From contig NC_043005.1 in the NCBI RefSeq assembly GCF_006345805.1, positions 6,076,001 through 6,140,000 of the forward strand: 64,000 bases of DNA, given 5' to 3'. The position numbers and the translations under genes are program-made. Numbering within the stretch: position 1 is the stretch's first letter; every line of letters begins with the position of its first letter. Below, in pieces: positions 26,601 through 35,555 of this stretch. The notes under the pieces were generated by a model, which saw only the letters and a list, made by a program, of their open reading frames with translations, made no database searches and was not told where the DNA came from. The DNA is from Octopus sinensis. Lineage: Eukaryota.

Positions 26601-29600
26601 TCACTGTGACCGACCAGGCTATCAGATGTTGCTACACATCGCTGGTCACAATGCACTTCACATTGTTTTAGCCTTCAAATGACGCCACCCTGCTGGCTAA
26701 GCGAGCAGGCCAACAGAAGAAAGAGTGAGAGAAAGTTGTGGCGAAAGAGTACAGCGGGGATCGCCATCACCCCCTGCCGGAGCCTCGTCCTGCTTTAGGT
26801 GTTTTCGCTCAATAAACACTCACAACGCCCGGTCTGGGAATCGAAACCGCGATCCTACGACCGCAAGTCCGCTGCCCTACTCACTGGGCCATTGCACCTC
26901 CATATCTGTGTGTGTGTGTGTGTGTGTGATCATCATCATCAATAATGTTTTAACATCTGTTTTTTATGCTTGCATTGGTCAGATGAGATATTGATGTTGA
27001 ATTTTCTATGCATACCTTCATGTCCCTAACACCCGCCTGTTTCCAAGAAGGTCTCTATTTCCCCATGGCTGGGGTTCTGGGTTTGTTTCTCTCACAGGAA
27101 CTGGAACTGAACAGCATTGCCTTTTATGACAGTGACAATTATTTGGAACCATCAGCTCATGTCTGCACATTTAGCCATATATATATATATATGTATGTAT
27201 GTATATAAAGTTAATCCAAACATAAAAACACAAAGAGAAAACACAACGCGAGGACGTGGAACAAATATAGTGTTATTGGACGTTCAGGAAAGGAAAGAAA
27301 GAAGGAGGGTTTAACGTTTTGAGTGGAGCTCTTCGTCAGAAACATAGGAAAAGGAAAGGTACAAGGAAGGGAAGACGGAGGAAAATATATATATTTTCCT
27401 CTGTCTATATATATGGCTAAATGTGCAGACATTTAGGTGTAGGAGTGGCTGTGTGGTAAGAAGCTTGCTTCCCAACCACATGGTTCTGGGTTCAGTCCCA
27501 TTGCGTGGCACCTTGGGCAAGTGTTTTCTACTATAGCCTTGGGCAAACCGAAGCTTTGTGAGTGGGTTTGGTAGACGGAAACTGAAAGAAGCCTGTGTGT
27601 GTGTGTCTGTGTTTGTCCCCACCACCACCACCACCATCGCTTTATAACCAGTGTTGGTGTGTTTATGTCCCCTGTAACTTAGCAGCTCGGCAAAAGAGAC
27701 TGATAGAACAAGTACTAGGCTTTCAAAGAAGAAGTCCTGGGGTCGATCTGTTTGACTAAAGGCGGTGCTCCAGCATGGCTGCAGTCAAATGATGAAACAA
27801 GTAAAAGAATAAAAGAATATATATTTTATTAGTGTATGTATGTATGTTTGTGTGTATGTGTTGTAAATAGATTAATTTTCAGTTTTTGGCAATTAGTTTT
27901 CCAGTTGTTTGATCAACTGAACTGCCAACTCATTGAATTATAATGTAACTGGCTGAGTATTCCTTAGATGCTCATATTCTTAATGTAATCTTCATGCAAA
28001 ATCAACATGGTGTGTATGTGTGTGTGTGATAAAACTGGCCCTTTTTAAATTTCAGTTATCCGTTCAATGGGCTTCCCCATAGTTTCTCTCTATTCTTTTA
28101 CACTCACAAGAATTAGGGAGGGCAGCCTGAGACACTTGCCCAAGATGTCAAGCTGTTGAATGGAAAGATAAGACCTCATTACTCCAAAGAGAAGTTCTTA
28201 ATCATTTACCTGTAAATTTACCTGTAGTGAGAGAAGGAGACAGTAAAACAGAGGGGGAGGCAGAGATAAAAAGAGGGAGTGTTGTTTTCTCTATTAACCT
28301 AATTTTGCTTTTCTGTTTTTCACCAGATCCAAGTGTCCATTAACAAAAATCCTGGATTAGGATTTAGTATAGCCGGTGGGATCGGATCTTACGGCAACCC
28401 TTTCAAGCCAGATGACATTGTGAGTTGGTTTTCCTTGTTTTCTATATTATTTTCATTAACATCTCCACAGAAATGTATTCTTGAATATCTGTGTCGGAAG
28501 AGAGTGACAATTTCATATTTAATTAATGTTCTTTAATTATAATTCTTGAGTTGTTTCTCTCTCATCCCTCTTTTTTTGTTTTTTTTACTAAAATTAGTAA
28601 TTTAAATCCCTTTACTTATTGGATTAGGAAGGCACTAGGAAGGGCATCCAGCCATAAAAACCCTGCCAAAACTCGATGCAGTCCTCTGGTTTACCAGTTC
28701 CTGTCAAACCATCCAACCCATGTCAGCATGGAAGACAGATGTTAAATAATGATGATGATGATGAATTGGTGGTATGAGGGTACATGAGGTATTAGTGTAC
28801 CTCTACTTTGCATCTCTAAGAGAGGGGTCTTCAGTTTCTAACCCCAATCCCTTCCCAACCTCAGCCACTTGGTCCTTAGCATACTTCTAGTGCCTAAATT
28901 CCATTTCCGTTACTTTTTATATTTACTATGCTTCTGACCGGAATCAGTTCAACTTTGACCTCTGTTGCCACTGAAGTAGCTGACCGTATTCTTAGAACTT
29001 CTCTGCAAAACCTTATCTTCCAAACACTGCAAACTGAAATTGGATTTCCAAAGTTTTTGTTTAGAAATGTCAAATTTCAACAACCTGATCAGTCATAAAG
29101 AATCTGGTCAGCTGCCTCAGTGACTGTATCGGTGAAATAAAAAGGAACTAATTAAGACTACAAACGCAAAAGTAGACATAGGCGCAGGAGTGGCTGTGTG
29201 GTAAGTAGCTTGCTAACCAACCACATGGTTCCAGGTTCAGTCCCACTGTGTGGCACCTTGGGCAAGTGTCTTCTGCTATAGCCCCGGGCTGACCAATGCC
29301 TTGTGAGTGGATTTGGTAGTGTATATATATATATATATGTGCATGTATGTTTGTGTGTCTGTATTTGTCCCCCTAGCATTGCTTGACAACCGATGCTGGT
29401 GTGTTTACATCCCCGTCACTTAGCGGTTCGGCAAAAGAGACCGATAGAATAAGTACTGGGCTTACAAAGAATAAGTCCCGGGGTCGATTTACTGAAACAA
29501 GTAAAAGAGTAAAAGAGTAAAGAGTATAAGATAGAATGAGTGAAGGACTGCAAGTACCTTGCCTGTGGGTCAGATTAAAATATTTGGTCAACTAGCTTAG

Positions 29601-31628
29601 CTAAAGTAGATCTGGTCAGCTATAGCACTGACCACACAGGGTGGCTAAGGAAAGGAATGGCCAGGTATACTTTAGGTATTTGGACTGACCAAATACTTTG
29701 GACTGACCTTGTTGATCACCTCAAGTATTTGGTCAACTCCCTTAGCTATAGTAGGAATGGTCAGCTATAATATGACCACATAGGTCAAATAAAGTGGAAC
29801 TAATTAAGACTACAAATGTTGTAGATGTAAGGTACAGTAAGTAAAGTAATGTAAGTACTCGGTCTATGGGTCACTCTAAGGTAAGTTGCTTAGCTACCTT
29901 AGCTAAAGTAAATCTGGTCAGCTATCAGAGTGACCCAATAAGTCAACTAAAATAGATTTGTGACCATAAACTTAGTAATTAAAAGGCACAATAAAGAAAG
30001 GAATGTAAGTATTAGGCCTGTAGGTCAGTCTCAAATATTTGGTCAGCAAGCTCATCTATAGTAGTTCTGGTCAGCTGTTTTAGTGGCCAAATTGGTTAGA
30101 TTAACGATCATCTGATTGAGACAATAAACAAGAAACAAAGAGAGAATGAAGACTTCATGAAGAGTCTCCAAGAAAGTTCAGACAAATGGAAACCCTTGCT
30201 CCCTCTGTACTCACTCTTTCAGTGACACTTTAGATGGGACCGAATACAACAATAAGAGGGCACCAGGCCTTAAACTGGGAAGCAGTGACCCCTTGGAGTG
30301 TTGTAAACTCATAAGGAATGGAAAATGGAAAAAAGGGGGTACATGGGTAGTTGATTATATCTGCTTTGGTAGTTGATTCAGAACAGTACTGTCACTCACG
30401 GGAATTCTGTGTATACACAATGCACAGTATTCAGCTGTATTTCTCATTGGATTATGTAACTCAAAATGGTCACTCTATTAGACGGGTGTCTGCTGCTTAG
30501 CTTCGATATTCTAATGGAAAATATATACAAGGACTTTTCTTGTGTGTGTGTGTGTGTGTTAAGAATTTACATTTAATAAGGCAATGTATGAACCTAATAT
30601 AAACACTAATCTTAATTTTTTTTTTAAATAAGAAATAAAAGTTACTGACCCATTTATGGCAGTTCTGCTTGTAATGTCACCCACACCAAGGCACACACAC
30701 TAAGGTATCATTTGGTTGTCTTTCCAGGGTATCTTCATCACTAAAGTCCAGCCTGAAGGTCCAGCACTGAACACCCTTTTCCCTGGAGACAAGATTCTAA
30801 AAGTTAGTCTTTTTTACTTTCAGTTTATAAAATTTTCTAAAATATTCAGACTCTTTTTTCAGGCTATCATCAGTTTGGTTCAGAGATAAATATACTGGTG
30901 TCTGTATTTTCACACATACACACGCACGCACATGCACACACACAATAGATGTTCAGCATGCAATATAAAAACACATGAGTTGATTCCAGTCGGATGAAGT
31001 ATCACTGAAATATAGTCAATGGCACAAATTGTGTAGCTTTTCACATGGAATCATTTCTGTGGCATTAGAAATGGAGTGGGACAGAAGTAACTGGCGCTAA
31101 TAACAAAGTTTATATAGTTCTATATTTAATAAATAAGGAATTATTTACATTATTTACATTTGACAGATATTTGTCTTCATTTTGTTTGTTGTTTACATTG
31201 AGTTAACAGCAAACAAAATGAAGACAAATATCTGTCAAATGTAAATAATGTAAATAACAAAGTTGTGCTATATTCATTCTCTATTTTCTTTTCCAACCAC
31301 ATTTTTGAACCACATGGTTCTGGGTTCAGTCCCACTGCAAGGCACCTTGGGTAAGTGCCTTCTGTTATAGCCATGAGCTGACCAAAGCCTTGTGAGTGGA
31401 TTTCGTAGATAGAAACTGAAAGAAGCCCGTTGTATGTGTTTTTGTCCCCTACACCACTGCTTGACAACTGGCGTTGGTGTGTTTATATCCCTGTAACTTA
31501 ACAGTTCAGCAAAAGTAATTGATAGAATAAGTACCAGGCTTAAAGTATTAAAACAAATTTGACTAAAAATTCTTTTAATTGGTGCCCCATCATGGCCCCA
31601 GTCTAATAACTGAAATAAGTAAAAGATA

Positions 31629-31669
<41 letters not shown>

Positions 31670-32808
31670 TATATATTTATATATAAGATTTGATTTACTC
31701 TTGTATCTTCAGACCTCACATGCTTCCAGGTTTAACACTACCACTAACAATGCTCCTTGATCCTTCAGTTTCTTTCACATTCATTCAAACCTGACCACTG
31801 TCTGAGATGAACTGAAAAGGTCAGGGACATTGCTCATTTTCCTTTCACTGCTTCTTGTGTAGCCATCATTCACAAGGAATTATGATCTGGTTGCTTGTAC
31901 CAAGCTTTCACTAGTTGTTTTAGGTGTCTGTGTAGTCTCAAGCAGACATCGGTGTCTTTTCATCCTTCCCACCTCTTGTCTCTGAAGAACAGCCAGAAGG
32001 TGATGGCTGGGAGAAGAGAGAGATGTACCAGGAGTCCAGTGGTTACTCATTTTCAACTGGGAAGTCTGAAGCACCATGAAATGAAGTGCCTTGCTCAAGG
32101 GTACAACTGGCATTCTGTTGGTTACAATGGCAAGGGATCCAGTTGATCTGGTCAATGGAACAGCCTCCTCTTGTAATTAATATGCAAGTGGCTGAGTACA
32201 CCACAGAAATGTGTAACCCATCACGTAGTTCTCATGGAGATTCAGTATGTCACAGAATGTGACAAAGCCGACCCTTTAAAATGCAGATACCACTCATTTT
32301 GGTCAGCTGAGTTGACTGAATCAAAGTAGAATAAAGTGTCTGGCTCAAGGACACACCACACTGCCAGAAATTGAACTCACAACCATATGGGTGGGAGTTG
32401 AATTCCCTAACCACTTAGCCATGTGCCTTCATCCAAAGACAACATGCAGCCTGGTCTGGGAATCAAGGGCTCAAGCCCTTGGCCTTACTACTGTGAGCCT
32501 AACACCCAAACCACTAGGCTACACAATGGAAATAAATGGTCAGATGAATTTGTAAGAACATTGCCACCTCATCACACACATGTTATGTTAGCCCTCATGT
32601 TTATCCCCTTTCTGTTTCTGATACCATGTATTGTTCTTTCGAGTTATTGTCCATCGTTCTTCTAATGAGTTCTAGCATAAAATCAAAATCACCATTACAC
32701 TTCTCGTTACAGGTGAATGGCGTCGACTTCAGCAACATTGAACACACCAGAGCTGTTGACATTTTGAGGAACAGCAATCCTGTTATGTTGTTGGTAGAAC
32801 GAAGCTGA
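749..32808 (+). CDS. lap1: LAP1-class LRR and single-PDZ protein (Erbin/Densin-LRRC7/Lap1-like), 5'-partial, 13 exons: join(749..821,3374..3503,5940..6125,8578..8677,10143..10246,11351..11479,13611..13734,15020..16047,16980..17748,25117..25364,28327..28419,30728..30802,32713..32808)
   Basis: All junctions are AG/GT and the phases chain without frameshift (1-2-0-0-1-0-0-1-0-1-0-0-0). The translation gives LRRs, then LAPSD (LFPQ...LWEEER...PTPYP), a long Ser/Gln/Tyr-rich linker, and one PDZ ([10 protein letters not shown]...[13 protein letters not shown]...GDKILKVNG) ending at TGA 32806-32808. This closely parallels vertebrate ERBIN/LRRC7. The start of the gene lies upstream of the window. Confidence 0.93.
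914..1510. mobile_element. piggyBac-like MITE interrupted by a SINE
   Basis: TTAA|CCCTTTTG ... CAAAAGAG|TTAA termini; SINE inserted at ~1038-1418. Confidence 0.5.
1038..1418 (-). mobile_element. SINE-like family C with internal ~60-65-bp minisatellite
   Basis: (CAT)n + gtttaacgtccgttttc tail and ggtgctttttacgtgccacyggcac repeats; sister copies at 19385..19920 (-) and 6625..7100 (+). Confidence 0.75.
2030..2160. repeat. (TAC)n/(CAC)n microsatellite
   Basis: Direct inspection. Confidence 0.95.
2670..3215. repeat. Cryptic CAC/CAT/TAC trinucleotide mosaic
   Basis: About 545 bp in constant triplet register; source of the poly-T/I, poly-P and poly-V ORFs. Confidence 0.95.
3374..3503 (+). CDS. 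lap1: LAP exon (LRR): (N)[43 protein letters not shown]
   Basis: cgttaag| acceptor, GAG|gtaaat donor; phase 2 to 0; two LRRs. Confidence 0.93.
3814..4023 (-). mobile_element. SINE family D (gaggtcgactttgcctttcatcc core)
   Basis: Shared core; other copies at ~1880-2030, 4108-4243, 13880-14030, 18109-18301, 20205-20620, 23221-23358, 35849-36150, 53368-53574 and 60730-60865. Confidence 0.75.
4243..4315. repeat. (AAT)n microsatellite
   Basis: Direct inspection. Confidence 0.95.
4897..5320 (+). mobile_element. tRNA-derived SINE, family A (bipartite, internal (TA)n(TG)n)
   Basis: Head aggcacaggagtggc...ggttcagtcc, core gaccaaagccttgtgagtggatttggtagacggaaactgaaagaagcc, tail ...cagcatggccgcagtcaaatgactgaaacaagtaaa; shared by many copies in this window. 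Confidence 0.85.
5381..5564. mobile_element. Possible degenerate hAT-like MITE
   Basis: Right end GAGAACCACTG with a degenerate left end (caaaagttctcaa); no TSD recognised. Confidence 0.3.
5940..6125 (+). CDS. lap1: LAP exon (last LRRs): [62 protein letters not shown]
   Basis: ttacag| acceptor, CAG|gttagt donor; 62 codons; strongly resembles the terminal LRRs of Erbin/Densin. Confidence 0.95.
6625..7100 (+). mobile_element. SINE-like family C with 5' degenerate ~40-bp tandem repeat
   Basis: gaggtga.gtggc.gag.tcctttcgag..gggcctcac occurs ~4 times at 6625-6805; ccatgccagcatgga..(GAT)n tail. Confidence 0.6.
7184..7634 (+). mobile_element. SINE family A
   Basis: Same head, core and tail as 4897..5320. 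Confidence 0.85.
8578..8677 (+). CDS. lap1: LAP exon (LAPSDa/b): [33 protein letters not shown]
   Basis: tttcag| acceptor, G|gttagt donor; LAP-specific PL..LQ....LT.YLFPQ motif. Confidence 0.93.
9155..9990 (+). mobile_element. SINE family B (same head, ccatgcaagcatggaaaa tail), interrupted
   Basis: Head at 9155-9290 and body to 9427, resuming at ~9885; intact relatives at 25535, 44283 and 47542. Confidence 0.7.
9428..9864 (-). mobile_element. SINE family A, nested inside a family-B SINE
   Basis: Reverse-complement copy splitting the family-B body at ...ggggaaatattac|. Confidence 0.85.
10143..10246 (+). CDS. lap1: LAP exon: (D)[34 protein letters not shown]
   Basis: ttttctag| acceptor, GAT|gtaagt donor; matches the Erbin SFNPSLWEEQR..QVAF motif. 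Confidence 0.92.
11351..11479 (+). CDS. lap1: LAP exon: [43 protein letters not shown]
   Basis: tttcag| acceptor, GAG|gtatgt donor; matches the Erbin/Densin L.R.PTPYP.ELK motif. Confidence 0.92.
11640..12950 (+). repeat. 45-bp minisatellite, ~28 near-identical copies plus degenerate edge units
   Basis: Unit AGTAAAACTGACCATCAAAAGTTGTTAGGATGGCTTTACATATTC; no spacers; produces the [15 protein letters not shown] pseudo-ORFs. Confidence 0.97.
13167..13386. mobile_element. piggyBac-like MITE
   Basis: TTAA|CCTTTTAGCA ... TGCTAAAGGG|TTGA termini; related copies at ~33808-33900 and ~57585-57750. Confidence 0.6.
13611..13734 (+). CDS. lap1: LAP linker exon: [41 protein letters not shown]
   Basis: Supplies the phase 0 to 1 switch needed between 11479 and 15020; G|gtaaaa donor; atypical A-rich acceptor (ttcgaaaaag|). 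Confidence 0.7.
14465..14838 (+). mobile_element. SINE family E (tRNA-like head), tail type 1
   Basis: A box tggcccagtggttagg, B box gtttcgattcc; (AAC)n end. Confidence 0.75.
15020..16047 (+). CDS. lap1: LAP large linker exon (Ser/Tyr-rich disordered region, includes 3x15-aa repeat)
   Basis: 1028-nt stop-free frame (ORF 14986..16059); ttttcag| acceptor, CAC|gtaagt donor. Confidence 0.9.
16980..17748 (+). CDS. lap1: LAP large linker exon (polyQ, Ser/Pro/Tyr-rich)
   Basis: 769-nt stop-free frame (ORF 16881..17762); ttgcag| acceptor, G|gtaagt donor. Confidence 0.9.
18109..18301 (-). mobile_element. SINE family D
   Basis: Full head-to-tail match to 53368..53574 in reverse. Confidence 0.75.
18435..18472 (+). 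ncRNA. Minimal hammerhead motif (Penelope-type), degenerate core
   Basis: UCUUU-CUGUCGA-A-GAC-cguaga-CUC-GAAAC-GUA-AAAGA; stem I is perfect, A6 is replaced by U. Confidence 0.4.
19385..19920 (-). mobile_element. SINE-like family C
   Basis: Near-collinear with 1038..1418. Confidence 0.75.
20315..20574 (-). mobile_element. 260-bp 5'-truncated RTE-type LINE 3' end with 10-bp TSD
   Basis: Encodes [11 protein letters not shown]...DVISRDTG...MMDREVW; (GAT)n tail; flanked by AGTCGACCTT at 20305-20314 and 20575-20584. Confidence 0.85.
20748..22843 (+). mobile_element. SINE family A variant split by the CR1/L2 LINE (20748..20988 + 22761..22843)
   Basis: The SINE tail ggggtcaa|ttcattcgacc...aaggcggtgccccagcatggccgcagtc resumes after the LINE's ATT tail. 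Confidence 0.75.
20989..22760 (+). mobile_element. 5'-truncated, frameshifted CR1/L2-type LINE (reverse transcriptase pseudogene)
   Basis: Fragments in three frames give [12 protein letters not shown]....[52 protein letters not shown] and RGH..K....[15 protein letters not shown], followed by an (ATT)n tail at ~22735-22760. Confidence 0.92.
23453..23890 (+). mobile_element. SINE family A, near full-length
   Basis: Complete head, core and tail; a more decayed copy follows at ~23900-24275. Confidence 0.88.
24650..24925 (+). mobile_element. SINE family G (gatcactataaacaaatcat tail)
   Basis: tRNA-like head; sister copies at 53880..54180 and ~61000..61230. Confidence 0.65.
25117..25364 (+). CDS. 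lap1: LAP linker exon: (V)[25 protein letters not shown]...[18 protein letters not shown]
   Basis: tactttcag| acceptor in phase 1 matches the upstream donor; CTG|gtttgt donor in phase 0 matches the PDZ exon. Confidence 0.8.
25535..25967 (+). mobile_element. SINE family B
   Basis: Family-A-like head, tgcctccttgtcttgac...ggaaatattacc body, and gcaagcatggaaaa..(GAT)n tail. Confidence 0.7.
26600..26900 (-). mobile_element. SINE family E, tail type 2
   Basis: Same ~190-bp head and body as 14465; the tail matches the orphan tail at 7711..7807. Confidence 0.78.
27309..27343 (-). ncRNA. Minimal hammerhead motif (Penelope-type), G12 mutated
   Basis: GUUU-CUGACGA-A-GAG-cucca-CUC-AAAAC-GUU-AAAC. Confidence 0.45.
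27436..27815 (+). mobile_element. SINE family A
   Basis: Complete head, core and tail. Confidence 0.88.
28327..28419 (+). CDS. lap1: LAP PDZ exon 1: [31 protein letters not shown]
   Basis: GLGF carboxylate-binding loop; caccag| acceptor, |gtgagt donor. Confidence 0.95.
29100..30085 (+). repeat. Degenerate ~150-bp tandem repeat (5 units), interrupted by a SINE
   Basis: (c)tggtcagct cores at ~29104, 29612, 29758, 29914 and 30067, most preceded by tatttggtca and cttagctaaagta. Confidence 0.65.
29179..29530 (+). mobile_element. SINE family A with internal tail deletion, inserted in a degenerate ~150-bp repeat
   Basis: Near-consensus head and core; the tail jumps ggggtcgattt to actgaaacaag. Confidence 0.85.
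30728..30802 (+). CDS. lap1: LAP PDZ exon 2: [25 protein letters not shown]
   Basis: ttccag| acceptor, |gttagt donor; canonical PDZ betaC-alphaA-betaD. Not in the ORF track. Confidence 0.95.
31141..31257. repeat. Perfect 48-bp inverted repeat with 21-nt spacer
   Basis: 31141..31188 is the exact reverse complement of 31210..31257; same sequence family as the outer arms of 59912..60544. Confidence 0.95.
31305..31630 (+). mobile_element. SINE family A variant
   Basis: Head, core and tail recognisable. Confidence 0.75.
32713..32808 (+). CDS. lap1: LAP PDZ exon 3 / terminal coding exon: [31 protein letters not shown]
   Basis: ttacag| acceptor; PDZ alphaB H..AV..L; stop TGA at 32806-32808. Confidence 0.95.
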   Translation: MNGVDFSNIEHTRAVDILRNSNPVMLLVERS

Positions 32809-33101
32809 AAGCAGAAACACTGAAGAAGGCCACGGCCACAGTTCTGTCATCAACACTTAAAGAATTGTCAATCGGGAGCCGAACGGAATAGCTCAGTGTT
32901 GGAGCTACCAGGCTAGTCCAGATTTATTGAGGAGAAAGTTTAATATACGGAACCCTACTGGTTCAAGCATTGGTTCTATGTTTGAGCTCTCTTTAAGGGC
33001 CAGTGAAGAGAAGTGCAGAGTTTTGTTAGTGAAAGTTTTAACCTTTCTAAGCTCCAGTGAAAATGTAAGAGTTTTGCTGATCTGACTTGGAACCTTGCCA
33101 C

Positions 33102-33298
33102 GGTTGGTTGGCTGGCTGGCTGGCTGGATGGCTGGCTGGCTGGCTGGCTGACTGACTGGCTGGCTGGCTGGCTGGCTGACTGCCTGGCTGACTGACTGGC
33201 TGGCTGGCTGGCTGGTTGGCTGGTTGGCTGGTGGGCTGGCTGGTTGGTTGGCTGGTTGGTTGGTTGGCTGGCTGGCTGGCTGACTGGCTGGCTGGCTG

Positions 33299-33380
<82 letters not shown>
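33102..33380 (+). repeat. (CTGG)n tetranucleotide repeat (~70 units) in the LAP 3'UTR
   Basis: tggc repeats with tgac/tggt variants; ~295 bp after the stop and before the first AATAAA. Confidence 0.95.
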
Positions 33381-33487
33381 CACTTAAGGAAAGGCTTTAT
33401 GGGTTTCAAATCTTCACTGTTACAAACCCAGTCGGGGTTCATTAACCAAACCATATATTTCACCAATGTCATTTTGATAAAACACCA

Positions 33488-33593
33488 AATAAATATTAGA
33501 CAATATGTTCAATTTTGATTGGATAATTTAATATAGTTAGCAGCCAATCAGAACTGACTAGGGTCTGTCACTGTTGGCAACAACAGCAATAAA
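33488..33593 (+). promoter_or_regulatory. Candidate proximal polyadenylation signals of the LAP gene
   Basis: First AATAAA hexamers after the stop, at 33488-33493 and 33588-33593. Confidence 0.4.
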
Positions 33594-34677
33594 ACATGAA
33601 ACTCATGATTAACTGTAATGTCTACCCAGAGGAATCGATCTGTGATTTGTGCATCAAATCATTCAACTAACCTCAACACATTCGATAATGTAGTCCTAGG
33701 TACATAACGTGGTCTTAAGTACGCTATGTCTTATGTCTGAAAACTAAGATATAACAGGTTGGTCACAATTGGAATGTCTTTGATCATTAGGGCTGATTGG
33801 AGATTAACCCTTCAGCATTCAGATTTCTCTCTTTAAATGTCATTCTGATTTTATTCCTATTGTTTTTGGATTAATCTCTTAGCTTCAAGATTTCACTGTT
33901 ATTACGAGATGGCAGAACTGTTAATGTGTTGGGCAAAATGCTTTGCAACATTTCTTCCAGTTCATTATGTTCTGAGTTCAAATTGCACTAAGAAAACTCT
34001 GTTTCCAGAGTTCTGAAGGATGCTATTACTTGAGAGGGTAGAGCTATGCCAAAATGTTATTGGTTGATAGTCTGCAGGTATCATTGAAGCAGGTTGCTTA
34101 TATTGTCTATATTAAGAAGCCATTCTCTGAAGATGAAGTCCAGCAGCAAAAGCCACGTTCATGTTCTGCTGGGGTTTGTTAAGAATGGATAGACATGTGA
34201 TTGTAGGTGTTACAAGGAAAAAAAAAGCCAACTATCATCTTTTTGTTACTGTTGTTTAACTCTGACTCTCCATTGACTGAAGGGAACTATGAGCAAAGAC
34301 ATTTCAACCATGACCATCCCATCTTTTATTTCAGACTATGTGTACCTAAGACTACATTATCAAATGTGTACTTTGTTGTTTCTTTTTTCTTTTCTTAAGA
34401 GGGTAGAATTTGATTTGAGGTTGATTTGGCTGCTATTCTTAGCAGCCAGAGAAAACACATACTTAATTCCTCATATTGTTGTTATTGCTGCTGTTCTCTC
34501 TTTTCTGGAAAAGTATGAAGGCCGCAAAATCCCTTTTCCTTTAAAACAAAATCTTTATGTGACTTATTACTTTAATGTTCTCGTTTACCTGATTGCCATT
34601 CATGACTCGTTACTTCATGACTTGTGCCCTTTCCTCCTCAGAAAAAGTAGTAAATAATGTGTGTGTGTGTGCACCTA

Positions 34678-34713
<36 letters not shown>

Positions 34714-34774
34714 TAAAAATGGTAAGACAACAAAAGAATGAAAGAGACCTCGATATTATGTAAATAGAGGAATT

Positions 34775-35043
34775 TATCTGTAAATGTAATATGTGACAAT
34801 TATTCGGTAGCCAAGATAAAACTCTGAGTTTCGGATGCTGAGGTGGAAATCCATGCCACCATCTCTTCAGTTATCTGGCCATCAGAGAGAATGCTATGAA
34901 AAATGATTGATTACGGTAATTTTTCATGGCATTTTTTCCGATGGTCCGATAACTTAAGAGATAGCGGTGTGGATTTCCACCTCAGCATCCGAAACTTGAA
35001 CTTTTATCATGGCTACCAAATAATTGTCACATATTACATTTAC

Positions 35044-35048
<5 letters not shown>
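34775..35048. mobile_element. Penelope-like inverted repeat (130-bp arms) with hammerhead motifs
   Basis: Arms 34775..34904 and 34919..35048; CTGAAGA...GAAAC core in each arm. Confidence 0.7.
34815..34875 (-). ncRNA. Candidate type-I hammerhead ribozyme motif (core intact)
   Basis: GAUAA-CUGAAGA-GAUG(n22)CAUC-C-GAAAC-UCAGA-GUU-UUAUC: stem I GAUAA/UUAUC, stem II GAUG/CAUC, near-palindromic stem III. Confidence 0.55.
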
Positions 35049-35122
<74 letters not shown>

Positions 35123-35555
35123 GCTTGATCAAAAGACACAGTCTGTGATGTTAAGAAACTAAATTATTGACCATATGATCATGATATGACCAGCATTGTA
35201 TGGTGCCTTTGGGGGCATGGCATTTAATTTCACACAGCCAAAAGTAAAAAGGACAAATTCCATGTTGAGTGGGTTGCAGTAAGAATACGTGGAAGTGGGT
35301 AGAGAAACAGATGTGTGTATATATGTGTGTGTGTGTGAGAGAGAGGGAGAGGGAGAGAGAAAGAGATAAAAGAAAGCACCTGGTACATTCTGTAAAGTGG
35401 TTGATATCAGCAAAGGACATCCAGCCATAGAAACCATGGCAAAGTAGACAATAGAGTCTGGTGCAGCTTTACTCCTCACTGGATCAGGTCAATCCAGACA
35501 ACTCATGCCAGCATGGAAAACGGATGCTAAATCGTGATGAAACATATGCAAATTT

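Noticed and set aside
32819-32845. Hammerhead in the LAP 3'UTR (CTGAAGA-A-GGCC-AC-GGCC)
   Set aside because: The GAAA and NUH half of the core is missing and no stem I is evident.
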